In this document: positions 13,291 through 22,739 of the stretch, in pieces
Numbering within the stretch: position 1 is the stretch's first letter
Layout of the letters: every line of letters begins with the position of its first letter
IMG/VR virus record: IMGVR_UViG_3300028558_000016
Location: 1-64,000 of that record
Direction: 5' to 3' (one strand)
Length of the DNA stretch: 64,000 nt
The notes under the pieces: generated by a model
What the model saw: the letters and a program-made list of their open reading frames with translations, nothing else
Told to the model about the DNA's origin: nothing
The model's database searches: none
Translations under genes and position numbers: made by a program

Positions 13291-14475
13291 TTATATTGCA
13301 ATAGGCGCTTTAATCGCCGGGTGACTTTTGTATCCAACAAATTCAAAGTTCTCATACTTATATTCAATGATATGACCATTGTCACCATGCAAAGAGCTAT
13401 AAACTGTAGGTGGTTTTTTAAGTCTAAGCTTACATAATTCCATTGGCTCTCTATTTAATTGTTCATCGACTTGATCGAAATGATTTACGTATATGTGACA
13501 GTCTCCTCCGTTAAATACAAGCTCCTCAGGAACCATATTAACAGACTGAGCAATCATTTCCAATAACAATCCATAAGAAGCAATATTAAATGGCAATCCC
13601 AAAAACAAATCAACTGAACGTTGTTGCCACATTAGTGATATAGCACGTTTAGGAACATTCTGTTGGTCCAATTCAAAATCTTTCCAATCACTTTTATCTC
13701 CAGCCCAATTTTTAATGAACCACTCATTTCTTTCTTCTGTACTCATCTCACGCGTCCAACATTGGAATCCATAATGACATGGAGGAAGAAGCATCTTGTC
13801 TATCTCGGCAACGTTCCATGCATTCACCATCAATCGTCTTGAGTCTGGATTAGTCTTTAAGTCCTGTATCAAACGAAGTATTTGATCATACCACAGAGAA
13901 CCAAAGTCTTCTTTACCGGTATCTTCGTCCTCGTAATGCAACCATCCCTGCCACTGTCTCCATTGTTTTCCATAAACTGGTCCAAGCTCTCCCCATACAT
14001 CAGAAAATGAATCACGTGAAGCTGCAAACAATCCACTCAATTCGGATTCTTTTATTTTTTCAACAAACTCTTCTAATGTTAACGGAGGATGTTTTTCCAA
14101 TTGTTCTCTAATATATTTCACTGACATTGCATCTTCGGTTGTATCGGCTCTTCTAATAGAAGCCTCTAAGTCTTCTTTTAATTTTTCATGATGCTTCATG
14201 TAATTCTGCCAAGGCCATTCATTCCAAATGTTAACTCCATTGTCGACGAGATATTTTATGTTGTGTCCTCCTTGAAGGAACCACAGCAATTCATGGATGA
14301 CGCTTTTAGTGTGAATCTTCTTTGTCGTTAACAATGGAAATCCATCTTGCATGTTGAACTTTAAAGTTCGACCAAAAACAGAAACTGTTCCAGTTCCGGT
14401 TCTGTCAGATTTTCTAACTCCTTTTTCTCTAACTTCTTTTAAAAGATCGAGATATGCTTTATCTGTGTTGTTCAT
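13291..14475 (-). CDS. thyA: Thymidylate synthase with insertions
   Basis: DRTGTGT, FPLLTTKK, LGPVYGKQWR, NPDSRRL, LPPCH, QRSVDLFLGLPFNIASY. Confidence 0.97.
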   Translation of the reverse strand: MNNTDKAYLDLLKEVREKGVRKSDRTGTGTVSVFGRTLKFNMQDGFPLLTTKKIHTKSVIHELLWFLQGGHNIKYLVDNGVNIWNEWPWQNYMKHHEKLKEDLEASIRRADTTEDAMSVKYIREQLEKHPPLTLEEFVEKIKESELSGLFAASRDSFSDVWGELGPVYGKQWRQWQGWLHYEDEDTGKEDFGSLWYDQILRLIQDLKTNPDSRRLMVNAWNVAEIDKMLLPPCHYGFQCWTREMSTEERNEWFIKNWAGDKSDWKDFELDQQNVPKRAISLMWQQRSVDLFLGLPFNIASYGLLLEMIAQSVNMVPEELVFNGGDCHIYVNHFDQVDEQLNREPMELCKLRLKKPPTVYSSLHGDNGHIIEYKYENFEFVGYKSHPAIKAPIAI

Positions 14476-14753
14476 GTTTTCTGCTTTTCTTTTTCTTTTC
14501 TATACGCTTTCCAAAATTCTCGGTCTTCTTCTTCCTCTTCAGGTGTAAGTTTCCTTTTTGATTTAAACTTCTTTTCTTCTAATGGAGGATTATTATCCAG
14601 TTCTTCTTTTTCTTCCAATGTTTTACGAGCATCTTTTTCTGCATCACTAAGCGCTGGAGTCTCATAAAATATTTTCTGATAGGTTTTATTTGCAGCTTCC
14701 GCTTTGTCCTCGTAAAATTTACGCATGAGTTCCTCAGCTAACTCGGTTTTCAT
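14472..14753 (-). CDS. Hypothetical protein
   Basis: 93 aa, ATGA overlap. Confidence 0.6.
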   Translation of the reverse strand: MKTELAEELMRKFYEDKAEAANKTYQKIFYETPALSDAEKDARKTLEEKEELDNNPPLEEKKFKSKRKLTPEEEEEDREFWKAYRKEKEKQKT

Positions 14754-15034
14754 TATTGCTCAGTGCTCATTAAAAAATTCACAGACTCAATAACCTTTCT
14801 GAATCCCTCGATTGTGTTTATTTTCTTTGAATACGCAATTGGACGAGCATGCATTATTTGTGTCTTCTCGTCCCACAATAAAATTGAAGTGTAATCATTT
14901 CCGTTTGGACCACTGATTGTATATTTTCCCCAGCCCCAAACGTTTCCTAATATAGGATCGTTCTCTTCAAAGAATCCTATGCAATTAAGAAATCTGTAGT
15001 CCACCGGGTTTTTGTTGTATTCGTATGTTGCCAT
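14753..15034 (-). CDS. Hypothetical protein
   Basis: 93 aa, coupled to neighbours. Confidence 0.6.
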   Translation of the reverse strand: MATYEYNKNPVDYRFLNCIGFFEENDPILGNVWGWGKYTISGPNGNDYTSILLWDEKTQIMHARPIAYSKKINTIEGFRKVIESVNFLMSTEQ

Positions 15035-15035
15035 T

Positions 15036-15896
15036 TTAAAATAATGTATGTATTGTTGGTTTAGTTTCTTTTTCGTTTATTACGTCAAAATTGTTAAAGA
15101 ACACTTCCTGGTTCTCAGTCTCATTTCTTCTTAATGGAGATATGTTTTGCAACATCTTAGTGTTGTACATATTCCATCCCAAAGCATCGTGAGTGTCACA
15201 AGCTATGTCAGTGTAAATAACACTTCCCTTTAATGGCTTAATTAAATCTATAAACTTGATCAAGTCATCTTCCTTTGAATACGTCTTTTGGTATCCAACC
15301 TCGCTTCTTACAAAATATGGTGGATCGAGAAAGAACAAAGAATCTTTTGTGTCGTTCTCTTTTATAACATCAACATAATCCTTGGAAACTATCTCAACGT
15401 TTAAATTCAAACGTCTATTAAGCTCTTTGAACGTTGGTTCATCCACGACAAAGAATCTGTTTCCATAAGATTGATTGAATCCATTAGGTCCAATCCTAAC
15501 GAGAGAGTTGATACATGAGTTCATAAGAAAATGGAACATGAAACCTTCAGTCACCAAGTCTTTGTTCTTCCCAAAGTATTCCTCGTTGAACCAATTTCTG
15601 AAATTGTAATAAGATTCCTTGTTTGATTTAATGTCACCAAATTTATTGAATACATCTTCTTTGATGGAAATATATTGGCTGTAAGTTCCGTCTCTAAAAG
15701 ATTTTACGGAATTGATCACGTGTGGATTTACATCGTTGATCACATATTTCTCGTATTCCTTTGTGAGGTTAAAGAATATTGCGCCTGAACCAAAGAAAGG
15801 TTCGACGTAAGTCTTCTTGTCCAACGCAGATGTTATCGCATTGAACTTCTCAATGAAGTGTATCTTTGAGCCTGCATATCGAGAAAATCTGTTCAT
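15036..15896 (-). CDS. dam: DNA adenine methyltransferase (Dam/D12 class)
   Basis: YAGSK, YVEPFFGSGAIF, INDVN, FLDPPY. Confidence 0.9.
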   Translation of the reverse strand: MNRFSRYAGSKIHFIEKFNAITSALDKKTYVEPFFGSGAIFFNLTKEYEKYVINDVNPHVINSVKSFRDGTYSQYISIKEDVFNKFGDIKSNKESYYNFRNWFNEEYFGKNKDLVTEGFMFHFLMNSCINSLVRIGPNGFNQSYGNRFFVVDEPTFKELNRRLNLNVEIVSKDYVDVIKENDTKDSLFFLDPPYFVRSEVGYQKTYSKEDDLIKFIDLIKPLKGSVIYTDIACDTHDALGWNMYNTKMLQNISPLRRNETENQEVFFNNFDVINEKETKPTIHTLF

Positions 15897-15937
15897 TACT
15901 TATTATATTAGCAATGAATGATCATGTTTCTAAAAAT

Positions 15938-15962
15938 AAAAAAGCCGCATTGCTGCGGCTTT
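15938..15962 (-). terminator. Intrinsic terminator
   Basis: AAAGCCGCA-GCAA-TGCGGCTTT followed by a T-run on the minus strand. Confidence 0.8.
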
Positions 15963-16090
15963 CTACGCTGATGTACATTCAGCTTCTAAGAACAGTTGTC
16001 TGACCATCTAAAGAGCACTCAGATAAATCTGTGCGCATGAATATCAGACCATTTCACCTATTATTGCAAGGTTTCAGGTAATCATAGTTC

Positions 16091-16885
16091 TTATTTTCTT
16101 TTTAGCACCCATAAGCAATTTCTTGCTTCTTCAGGGAAGAATGGTGCCATGATGTTTGCAACTAAATTTGAGTCATAATATTCTCTCAAACCGTCGAACA
16201 TCTTTTTTTGCCAATCATTTAATTTTGGCTTGTAGTGTGTTTGAGAAGCGAAAGTACCATACTTCTTTTCGATGGTGAAATATTTCTCAATGTGTGCTTG
16301 CAATTCTTTATGATCGAACTCATGCACAGCTTCTCCTCTTCCATCGCCTGAGTCATAAGTGTGATTTCCTGCTGCTCCAACCTTCTCATCATAATTTGGT
16401 GTAGATAAGTAATAAGTAGCATCATCGTTTCCGCATGCTCTGAAGTTCTCCAAGAAAGTGTCGATGTTTTGTTTTCCAACATGCTCAGCAACTTCAAACG
16501 AAATTACCTTGTCTGCTTGGATCTTGTCGTATGGGAACTTGTCAACGATCAAGTCAACCGCATGGAATTCTGCCCAAGGCACCCCAGCGAAATGCTCTCT
16601 TGCTGATTCAATGGTCTTCTTGCGAATATCCATTCCAACATACTTCTTGCATTTGAATTTATTTCTGTAGAATACCTCAAGAAGGCTTCCACCACCGCAA
16701 CCGAAATCTGCGATTGTTTCTCCTATTGTCGCTTGGTTTAATACATGCGTCCAACGAAGGTAATGTGCGAATTGATCTCTATGATAAACGTGCTTTTCAA
16801 AAGACGTTTGAGGATCAAGATCTGTTGTGTTGTATTTGCTCTTCTTTTTGGAAACAACAGCTTCCGTGTTTTCTTCTTTGCTCAT
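16091..16885 (-). CDS. Class I SAM-dependent methyltransferase
   Basis: IADFGCGGG, YVGMDI, SFEVAEHV, YLSTPN. Confidence 0.9.
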   Translation of the reverse strand: MSKEENTEAVVSKKKSKYNTTDLDPQTSFEKHVYHRDQFAHYLRWTHVLNQATIGETIADFGCGGGSLLEVFYRNKFKCKKYVGMDIRKKTIESAREHFAGVPWAEFHAVDLIVDKFPYDKIQADKVISFEVAEHVGKQNIDTFLENFRACGNDDATYYLSTPNYDEKVGAAGNHTYDSGDGRGEAVHEFDHKELQAHIEKYFTIEKKYGTFASQTHYKPKLNDWQKKMFDGLREYYDSNLVANIMAPFFPEEARNCLWVLKRK

Positions 16886-16967
16886 GGTAATTGATAGGTT
16901 TATTTTGCTAAATTAATAAAAATATATGATAACAGAAAGTATATTTTTCGAACAGTTTTACGAACAT

Positions 16968-17186
16968 TTATTCATCTATTTTGACGTCTCTCATTGTGAT
17001 TATCATGTACAAGGCCCAACCGACAACAGGCACATAGAACCATAGCCACCAGGAATTCCAAAATGCCACTGCGAGCACTGCTGGAATGATGCTACAACAA
17101 AATGCAAAAATTAATAATGCTAAAAGCTTTAATATCAGTTTCATGTTGTTTTTATTGTTGTTCTGTTTATGTTGTACTGAATCCAA
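16968..17186 (-). CDS. Small membrane protein
   Basis: Two hydrophobic segments; the start is probably the internal MKLIL. Confidence 0.55.
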   Translation of the reverse strand: MDSVQHKQNNNKNNMKLILKLLALLIFAFCCSIIPAVLAVAFWNSWWLWFYVPVVGWALYMIITMRDVKIDE

Positions 17187-18034
17187 GCAAGTGCCGCTTC
17201 TGGAATATCATCTATTATAGTTTGGCCTCTTTCTATTGCATCGTGAACTTCCAACATTTTAGGTGTCATTTTTCCTTTTTCATCGATCAAATCAATTACT
17301 ATTTCTGGAATGAAATCCTCATAGAATCCAACCAACAACATGTCTTCAACCACACTGAAATTCCTTTCGTATAGGTGCATTGAATTTACTTGATGCGTGT
17401 ATTTTCCAAGCTCAAGATCAGGATATTCCTTCTTTAATAAATGATACATCTGTTGTTGGAGCATAGTAAAGAATGCAACATCTGTTGGAAGACCAAGTAT
17501 TGCATCATTCGATCTCATCATCAAAGTGAAATCAAGCTTATTCTCTCTTATGTGAAATATTCCATTCAATGTGCAAACGAAATCCTTGTTTGCAAAATGC
17601 TGATGCGTAGGAAGGTTGAAGTGCATCAATGCTTGTCGAGTGTCTCTGTCTCTTTTTAAAGATTCGTAAGCCCATTCCCACTGAGTCATTCCATGTTCGT
17701 TCTTAGTATTGAACAATAAATGCCCGTATGCGCTGTTAACAGTTCCATCTGGATTTGCGATGTCCTTCCAGAATTTTGCATACTTCTGAATGTATTCCAA
17801 ATCATTTCTTCCAGCGAAATAGAACACAAGCTCTGCAGCAATGTATTTGTATTGTGAACCTCTTATTGAATTCCTGTACAGACCTGACATTGGATTTTCA
17901 ATCTCAAGCGTGACATTTAAAATCTCATTTATCTTCTGATCTCTTGGTGCACAAACATATTCAGGATTTGTCGATAAATCCTTTAAAAGATCTTTGTATA
18001 CTTTTGCAAACGATTCTCCTTTATAGCTTCTCAT
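17141..18034 (-). CDS. Thymidylate synthase-family paralogue, dCMP hydroxymethylase-like
   Basis: NSAYG, DTRQA, catalytic VCT, MRSND, and LPTDVAFF (Asp where ThyA has Asn). Confidence 0.8.
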   Translation of the reverse strand: MRSYKGESFAKVYKDLLKDLSTNPEYVCAPRDQKINEILNVTLEIENPMSGLYRNSIRGSQYKYIAAELVFYFAGRNDLEYIQKYAKFWKDIANPDGTVNSAYGHLLFNTKNEHGMTQWEWAYESLKRDRDTRQALMHFNLPTHQHFANKDFVCTLNGIFHIRENKLDFTLMMRSNDAILGLPTDVAFFTMLQQQMYHLLKKEYPDLELGKYTHQVNSMHLYERNFSVVEDMLLVGFYEDFIPEIVIDLIDEKGKMTPKMLEVHDAIERGQTIIDDIPEAALAWIQYNINRTTIKTT

Positions 18035-18657
18035 TTCTTCACTTTCTTTGGTTTCTTCACTTTCTTTGGTTTCTTCACTTTCTTTGGTTTCTTCACTTTC
18101 TTTGATTTAAACATCTTAAGATTAATTCCAATATTTTTTACTTCCTTAACAATGGAATCTGCTACATCGTACACATCTCCTTCTACAATCTCGTAGTGTA
18201 TATGGTTTTGGTCGAGATAATTTATTATTTTAGCATCAACAATTTTTGCCTGTTTGAGGGTTTGAGTTCTGCCGTTTGGATTATAATCTTTTCTTCTGTT
18301 TATGTAATAATTTACATTCTTGAATTTCTTATGTTCTGACAGAATTAATTTCTTAAAATCGTGATTGTCTTCTGGGCAATAAATCGATGAATGCAAAAGC
18401 GGAGCATCTGTTATCACAACTTCTAATTTGCCATCTAATCTTTGTAATCGATGTAATTGTTTTCCAAAAATGTATATTTGATGTTCGAGTTTCTTTAAGC
18501 TTTCTTCCCACACGATGTCCTTTGCATATTCAAGAGACATCTCGCAATCAATTCCAAGCATTTTAAGTTTCACGAAAAGAAGAGCGCATAACGTACTCTT
18601 GCCGCTTCCTGGCCCTGCGAAGAGATTAACTACCAATGTTTTCTTTTTTATCGCCAT
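18031..18657 (-). CDS. P-loop NTPase / nucleotide kinase-like (AAA_28-like) with KKPKKV tail
   Basis: VNLFAGPGSGKST, EYAKD, ITDAPL, GRTQT. Confidence 0.75.
   Translation of the reverse strand: MAIKKKTLVVNLFAGPGSGKSTLCALLFVKLKMLGIDCEMSLEYAKDIVWEESLKKLEHQIYIFGKQLHRLQRLDGKLEVVITDAPLLHSSIYCPEDNHDFKKLILSEHKKFKNVNYYINRRKDYNPNGRTQTLKQAKIVDAKIINYLDQNHIHYEIVEGDVYDVADSIVKEVKNIGINLKMFKSKKVKKPKKVKKPKKVKKPKKVKK
18035..18106. repeat. 18-bp tandem repeat x4 encoding KKPKKV
   Basis: Unit TTCTTCACTTTCTTTGGT; the last copy has one substitution. Confidence 0.95.
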
Positions 18658-18695
18658 GAAAATTATATGGCCTTCTGCGGCATTGGTTTCAAACT

Positions 18696-18721
18696 AAAAA
18701 CCCACCAATTAAGGTGGGTTT
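18696..18721 (-). terminator. Intrinsic terminator
   Basis: AAACCCACC/GGTGGGTTT stem plus T-run on the minus strand, downstream of the portal gene. Confidence 0.75.
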
Positions 18722-18944
18722 CAAATTGTTTAACCGACTTATTATGGGTGATTCTCTTATTGACATATTCCCCAACATCATAGTCCGTAGATAGTCCGGT
18801 TAATTATCTTCCGTTACTGTAAACTATTTCATAGCTCAAGTAATATCTCTTTCTTACTTTTTTAGGTTTGGCCTGTTTCCTATTAACTGAACAACAAGCA
18901 AAACTAATTATCATAATCAACAATAAAAACTTTTTCATTATAGT

Positions 18945-20549
18945 TTATAGTTTAAATGCTTCTTCTTCTCCACCGCCTGCTCCTTCTCCACCTTCTTTCT
19001 TCTTGGAACCTTCACCTTCATCACCTGTTCCTTCGTGATCGTCGTTCCAATACTTCTGATTTTTTTCGATCTGTCCTTGTGACAAGTACATGTATTCCTC
19101 AATCAAGAATTTAGGATGGAAATAAGGTTTCTCTTCACCATTTCTTATTGTAGTTAAATCTTTTAATCCCGTGATGAACTCAGCTGACTTGCCAAGCAAA
19201 TCCATTTCTTTAGTTCTCTCAAACACGTTGTCCTTGTTAAACCTAACACCAACTTGAGATTTAAACATCTCATCGTCCATTAAGTCTGGAAAATCAAGAA
19301 TCATTTGCAAATATAAAGGCTTGGTCATAACCTCTTGGAAAATAGATCTCAACCTGTTGATGAATTTAGAAAAACGAATTTCCTCTCTGTCAACATTCTC
19401 AGAACCCATTTGCCATTGACCACCACCGTTTGCTCTGTCGAAACGAGCAACTGGAATTTTAGAGTCAATCCTTAATTTGTTTTCAAAGTACGCGAGAGCT
19501 TCCATGTTAGAAAGATCTGGACCTTCACCACCGATAACTTGAATATCTGTTTGCTCACCATTCTTAGATGGGAACATGTAGTTTTTATAGAACTGAATAT
19601 TTGGTCTTCCGTTGATGAATAACTCACCTGAATCGTAATCCAATCTAACGTCCTCTTTATAGATGGACATTAATTCTCCTAAAGACTCTCTCGCCTTTTG
19701 TGGAGACTTAGAACCAATAGGAACAACCATCTTCAACCTGAACGATGAGTTCATTACGTTCCAAATGATTCTCGTGTGTTCCATGATCCTCAATAAATTG
19801 AAGGATCTTATTAATCTTTCTACATAAGAAATTCTTGAAATGGAATTTCCCTTTGCGTATGAAATATAAATGATCTGAGAGTCATAAAGCTTTCTCTTCA
19901 AGTGAACGTCTTCCTCGTGCTGGTACCAAACGCTCTTGAATGTTCCATCAGGTTGCTTTTCTACTGCAGGCCTGATCGTGGTTGCATCAATCTCTTTGAA
20001 ACCAATTATCTTGCTTCCGTCCTCGTTGTAGATGATCTCAAATGCAAGGAATCCGTCCACCATTAATTGATAGAACAATTGCCATGCAGTGATGTCATCG
20101 TTGAAATGCCAATAAGAATAAATTCTCTTGAAGTTATCCTCGTATGCTTCTTTAACGTCATCATTGACGTCCTCGTTTATTGGGGTTTGATAACAGAAGA
20201 ATTGTCTTTCATCTTGGATGATTGCCTCATCTGTTATTGTATCAAGAATCCATTGGATCTCTCCATTCATAGAGAACTTCCTTAAGAATTCTCTTCTCGA
20301 TTTGTAGTCTTTGTCGAAATAAGCAATATACTTTTTTACAGTAGTATCACTCATTGCCAATGAATACATCATCGCTTCATCACCAATAACTCCTTGCTTA
20401 AGGAATTTAGATTCAGTTGTTCCAACCGCTTGGGAGTTCTTTACGACCATGTCGTCGTACCTCACTCCGAGGTTTGCGATTTCTCTAACTCTCGATTGGA
20501 TGTTATTGAATAGGGTGTTGTTTGTAATACGGTCAAGAAAACCGGCCAT
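18945..20549 (-). CDS. Portal protein (T4 gp20-like)
   Basis: 534 aa; YVERLIRSFNLLRIME, FPSKNGEQTDI..IGG, REEIRFSKFINRLR. Confidence 0.88.
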   Translation of the reverse strand: MAGFLDRITNNTLFNNIQSRVREIANLGVRYDDMVVKNSQAVGTTESKFLKQGVIGDEAMMYSLAMSDTTVKKYIAYFDKDYKSRREFLRKFSMNGEIQWILDTITDEAIIQDERQFFCYQTPINEDVNDDVKEAYEDNFKRIYSYWHFNDDITAWQLFYQLMVDGFLAFEIIYNEDGSKIIGFKEIDATTIRPAVEKQPDGTFKSVWYQHEEDVHLKRKLYDSQIIYISYAKGNSISRISYVERLIRSFNLLRIMEHTRIIWNVMNSSFRLKMVVPIGSKSPQKARESLGELMSIYKEDVRLDYDSGELFINGRPNIQFYKNYMFPSKNGEQTDIQVIGGEGPDLSNMEALAYFENKLRIDSKIPVARFDRANGGGQWQMGSENVDREEIRFSKFINRLRSIFQEVMTKPLYLQMILDFPDLMDDEMFKSQVGVRFNKDNVFERTKEMDLLGKSAEFITGLKDLTTIRNGEEKPYFHPKFLIEEYMYLSQGQIEKNQKYWNDDHEGTGDEGEGSKKKEGGEGAGGGEEEAFKL

Positions 20550-20566
20550 GCGTTGTTTCGTTTATT

Positions 20567-21310
20567 TTATGCCGCTCCAGTTTGAGAGTCTTTAAAATCC
20601 TTCTGCTTCTTTTTAATTTCTTCCTTCTTTCTATCAGCAGAATTCTTAAGCTTCTCATTGAGGTTAACCTCAGGTGGATTCGTCATTCTTTTTATATATT
20701 CGTTGTATATCTCCTTAGGCTGTTTTCCAGTTATTCCTCTCGTGTACAAAGGTATCACAGAAACCCAGTCTTCATAGTCATATACAGCAGGACGCGCAAC
20801 GTTTCCTTTTTCGTATACAGAAAACGCTAATTGCCATCCTAATTTATCAAAAAGCTTCTTAGCGACATCGTAATTGAGTTTCAAGGCCTTTTTGCCTTTT
20901 CTTCCCTCGTTGATATTGGTTTGGTTTTCATTGATGTCCTTCTTGTATATTCTATACAATTGATCAAGGACGAACACCCTAATCTTTGGAGGCATCAGCA
21001 TGAAATCTATTCCAATCTCGTAAATTTTATTGTTTGCTTGACTCACCATCTGTCCGAGCGACAGCAATATTGGTCTCCTGTCGATCACAGGTCGTGCCTT
21101 GTTTGGAGTGTCTGTTGTGGCGTAAAGAAATGAATATATTTTTCCAGGAACAAAAAACTTCTCTTCAACCTTTTCCTTTCTTGGATGGTTGATCTTATCG
21201 TCCTTGGAATATTTGTCTATGTATAATTTAAAAGATTCGTCAGCCGCTTTGTCGAGGCCTCTTTTCTCATGTAAATAATCCTTCCAAATCTCAGAGGGTT
21301 TCTTCTCCAT
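20567..21310 (-). CDS. DNA end protector protein (T4 gp2-like)
   Basis: PGKIYSFLY, IDRRPILL, GIDFMLMPP; located next to portal and gp4. Confidence 0.6.
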   Translation of the reverse strand: MEKKPSEIWKDYLHEKRGLDKAADESFKLYIDKYSKDDKINHPRKEKVEEKFFVPGKIYSFLYATTDTPNKARPVIDRRPILLSLGQMVSQANNKIYEIGIDFMLMPPKIRVFVLDQLYRIYKKDINENQTNINEGRKGKKALKLNYDVAKKLFDKLGWQLAFSVYEKGNVARPAVYDYEDWVSVIPLYTRGITGKQPKEIYNEYIKRMTNPPEVNLNEKLKNSADRKKEEIKKKQKDFKDSQTGAA

Positions 21311-21932
21311 TTAGTTGTTGTACATTTGTTTGATCGTCGTGTCTGTCGCTTGCTTCAGATAATGTTCTTGGGAATTTATATTTTCCAGCATAGAAATCAT
21401 CGAATGCCATTCTCATCTTTCTTGCACATTCTATTGGAGATACATTTCCAACTCCAGTTCCAAGACCTGACATAACAACGCTGTTTATGGATTCATTCTT
21501 TCTCACTGCGAGAAATACTGCTCTTGCTGCAAGATATACGTTAGCCGACATTCTTGTTGCAGTAGCCAATCCCATGGAAACTCTCATTGTTGGAGCTGAT
21601 ATAAGATAAGGAAAATCCTTGTGATCTGTTGGAACTGTCAAAGACTGTCCAACCAATAATTCCCCGTCAAATTCGTCTACAATTTTTTGTTGAACTCTTT
21701 GCATCACATGCCATCCAAGTTCTTGCGAAAGATAGAAATCAATTCCACCATTCATGAATCCAAAACTGTTCGCTGGACTAACTATTGCATCGCATGGAAT
21801 ATCGAATATTGAACCTTTGTGAAAGATGAATTCCACTTTTGTCCCATCATAAATCGAAGTTTCTACATCTGAGAATGCTTCCTTCCAAGCTTCCACCATC
21901 GGTCCGCTTATGTCTGCTAATACTATTTTCAT
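21291..21932 (-). CDS. Macro domain protein (Appr-1''-p processing / ADP-ribosylhydrolase)
   Basis: DAIVSPANSFGFMNGGID, LISAPTMRV, SGLGTGVG. Confidence 0.9.
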   Translation of the reverse strand: MKIVLADISGPMVEAWKEAFSDVETSIYDGTKVEFIFHKGSIFDIPCDAIVSPANSFGFMNGGIDFYLSQELGWHVMQRVQQKIVDEFDGELLVGQSLTVPTDHKDFPYLISAPTMRVSMGLATATRMSANVYLAARAVFLAVRKNESINSVVMSGLGTGVGNVSPIECARKMRMAFDDFYAGKYKFPRTLSEASDRHDDQTNVQQLNGEETL

Positions 21933-21936
21933 ACCG

Positions 21937-21944
21937 CTAATATA
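21937..21944 (-). promoter_or_regulatory. Putative host-sigma -7 element (TATATTAG)
   Basis: TAGTATATTAG lies 4 nt before the macro-domain ATG; similar elements at 43055-43062 and 61597-61604. Confidence 0.4.
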
Positions 21945-22196
21945 CTAAATATTTCTGACATTTGACAATGTCTTTATAGGTCCATATAGTATTGGATATG
22001 CACCAATTACGTTTCCGTATTTGTCTTTATGGGCCTCTTCTTCCTTTAGGAAATTCTGGTATTCCTCTTCCGACATAGGTTCCAAATCCAAATCTTCCAA
22101 GTCAGCCTTGACTGTCTCGTCGATCATCTCAAGCACAGCATTCTCGTATCTAATGTCGAGGATAACGTTCTGAACTGTATCAATGAAATTTTTCAT
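21945..22196 (-). CDS. Hypothetical protein
   Basis: 83 aa acidic ORF. Confidence 0.55.
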   Translation of the reverse strand: MKNFIDTVQNVILDIRYENAVLEMIDETVKADLEDLDLEPMSEEEYQNFLKEEEAHKDKYGNVIGAYPILYGPIKTLSNVRNI

Positions 22197-22208
22197 CTTT
22201 TATATTGT

Positions 22209-22739
22209 TTAGAATAGGAAATGTTCATCACACACTGCAAATTTACAACCTCTGTCTTCAGCAAACTTCTTTGCTGCAAGGAACTTAGCTCTGTTGATTA
22301 GAAGAGTTTTTAATTCTTGGTTGTATCTCTTCACCTTTTTGTCAGTTCTGTTTCCCTCGCTTATCATGTTACCCAACCTTGACAATTGTTCAGATGTTGG
22401 AACTTGCATTCCAGGCTTTATTTCAATTAGCCAAGACTGTGAACCGTCTTCCTTCTGAACTGTGATGTAAAAATCGACGTAGTAATTGTGCATGGCAGAT
22501 TGATACTGTCCATTGACAAGCTTTGCACAAGGATTGATGTATGGAATTGCAACTGGTTCTGAACTCCATTTAACGATGTTTGGATGTATGTCACACCAAA
22601 CCATGAAACGTTGTTCCCACATAGACCTGAAAATTATTTGGTTTGGATCACCTCTATATTTTCCAGGGTTAGTGGGTTTGAAATAACCTTGCTTGTAATT
22701 ACCGTTATGATTTGGCTTAAGATTCTTTATCTTATTCAT
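22209..22739 (-). CDS. Head completion nuclease (T4 gp4 / TnsA-N-like)
   Basis: QGYFKPTNPGKYRGDP, RSMWE, WSSEP, YYVDF, IEIKP. Confidence 0.9.
   Translation of the reverse strand: MNKIKNLKPNHNGNYKQGYFKPTNPGKYRGDPNQIIFRSMWEQRFMVWCDIHPNIVKWSSEPVAIPYINPCAKLVNGQYQSAMHNYYVDFYITVQKEDGSQSWLIEIKPGMQVPTSEQLSRLGNMISEGNRTDKKVKRYNQELKTLLINRAKFLAAKKFAEDRGCKFAVCDEHFLF

Noticed and set aside
15904-15911. TATATTAG promoter-like element near the dam start
   Set aside because: It is oriented on the plus strand, away from dam and toward a terminator; no target gene.
18035-18106. CRISPR-like direct repeats
   Set aside because: Head-to-tail 18-bp units with no spacers, in frame within a CDS.
18722-18940. Possible degraded lipoprotein-like gene between the portal gene and its terminator
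   Set aside because: MKKFLLLIMIISFACC... stops after 33 aa and continuation needs a frameshift plus stop read-through; too weak to call.
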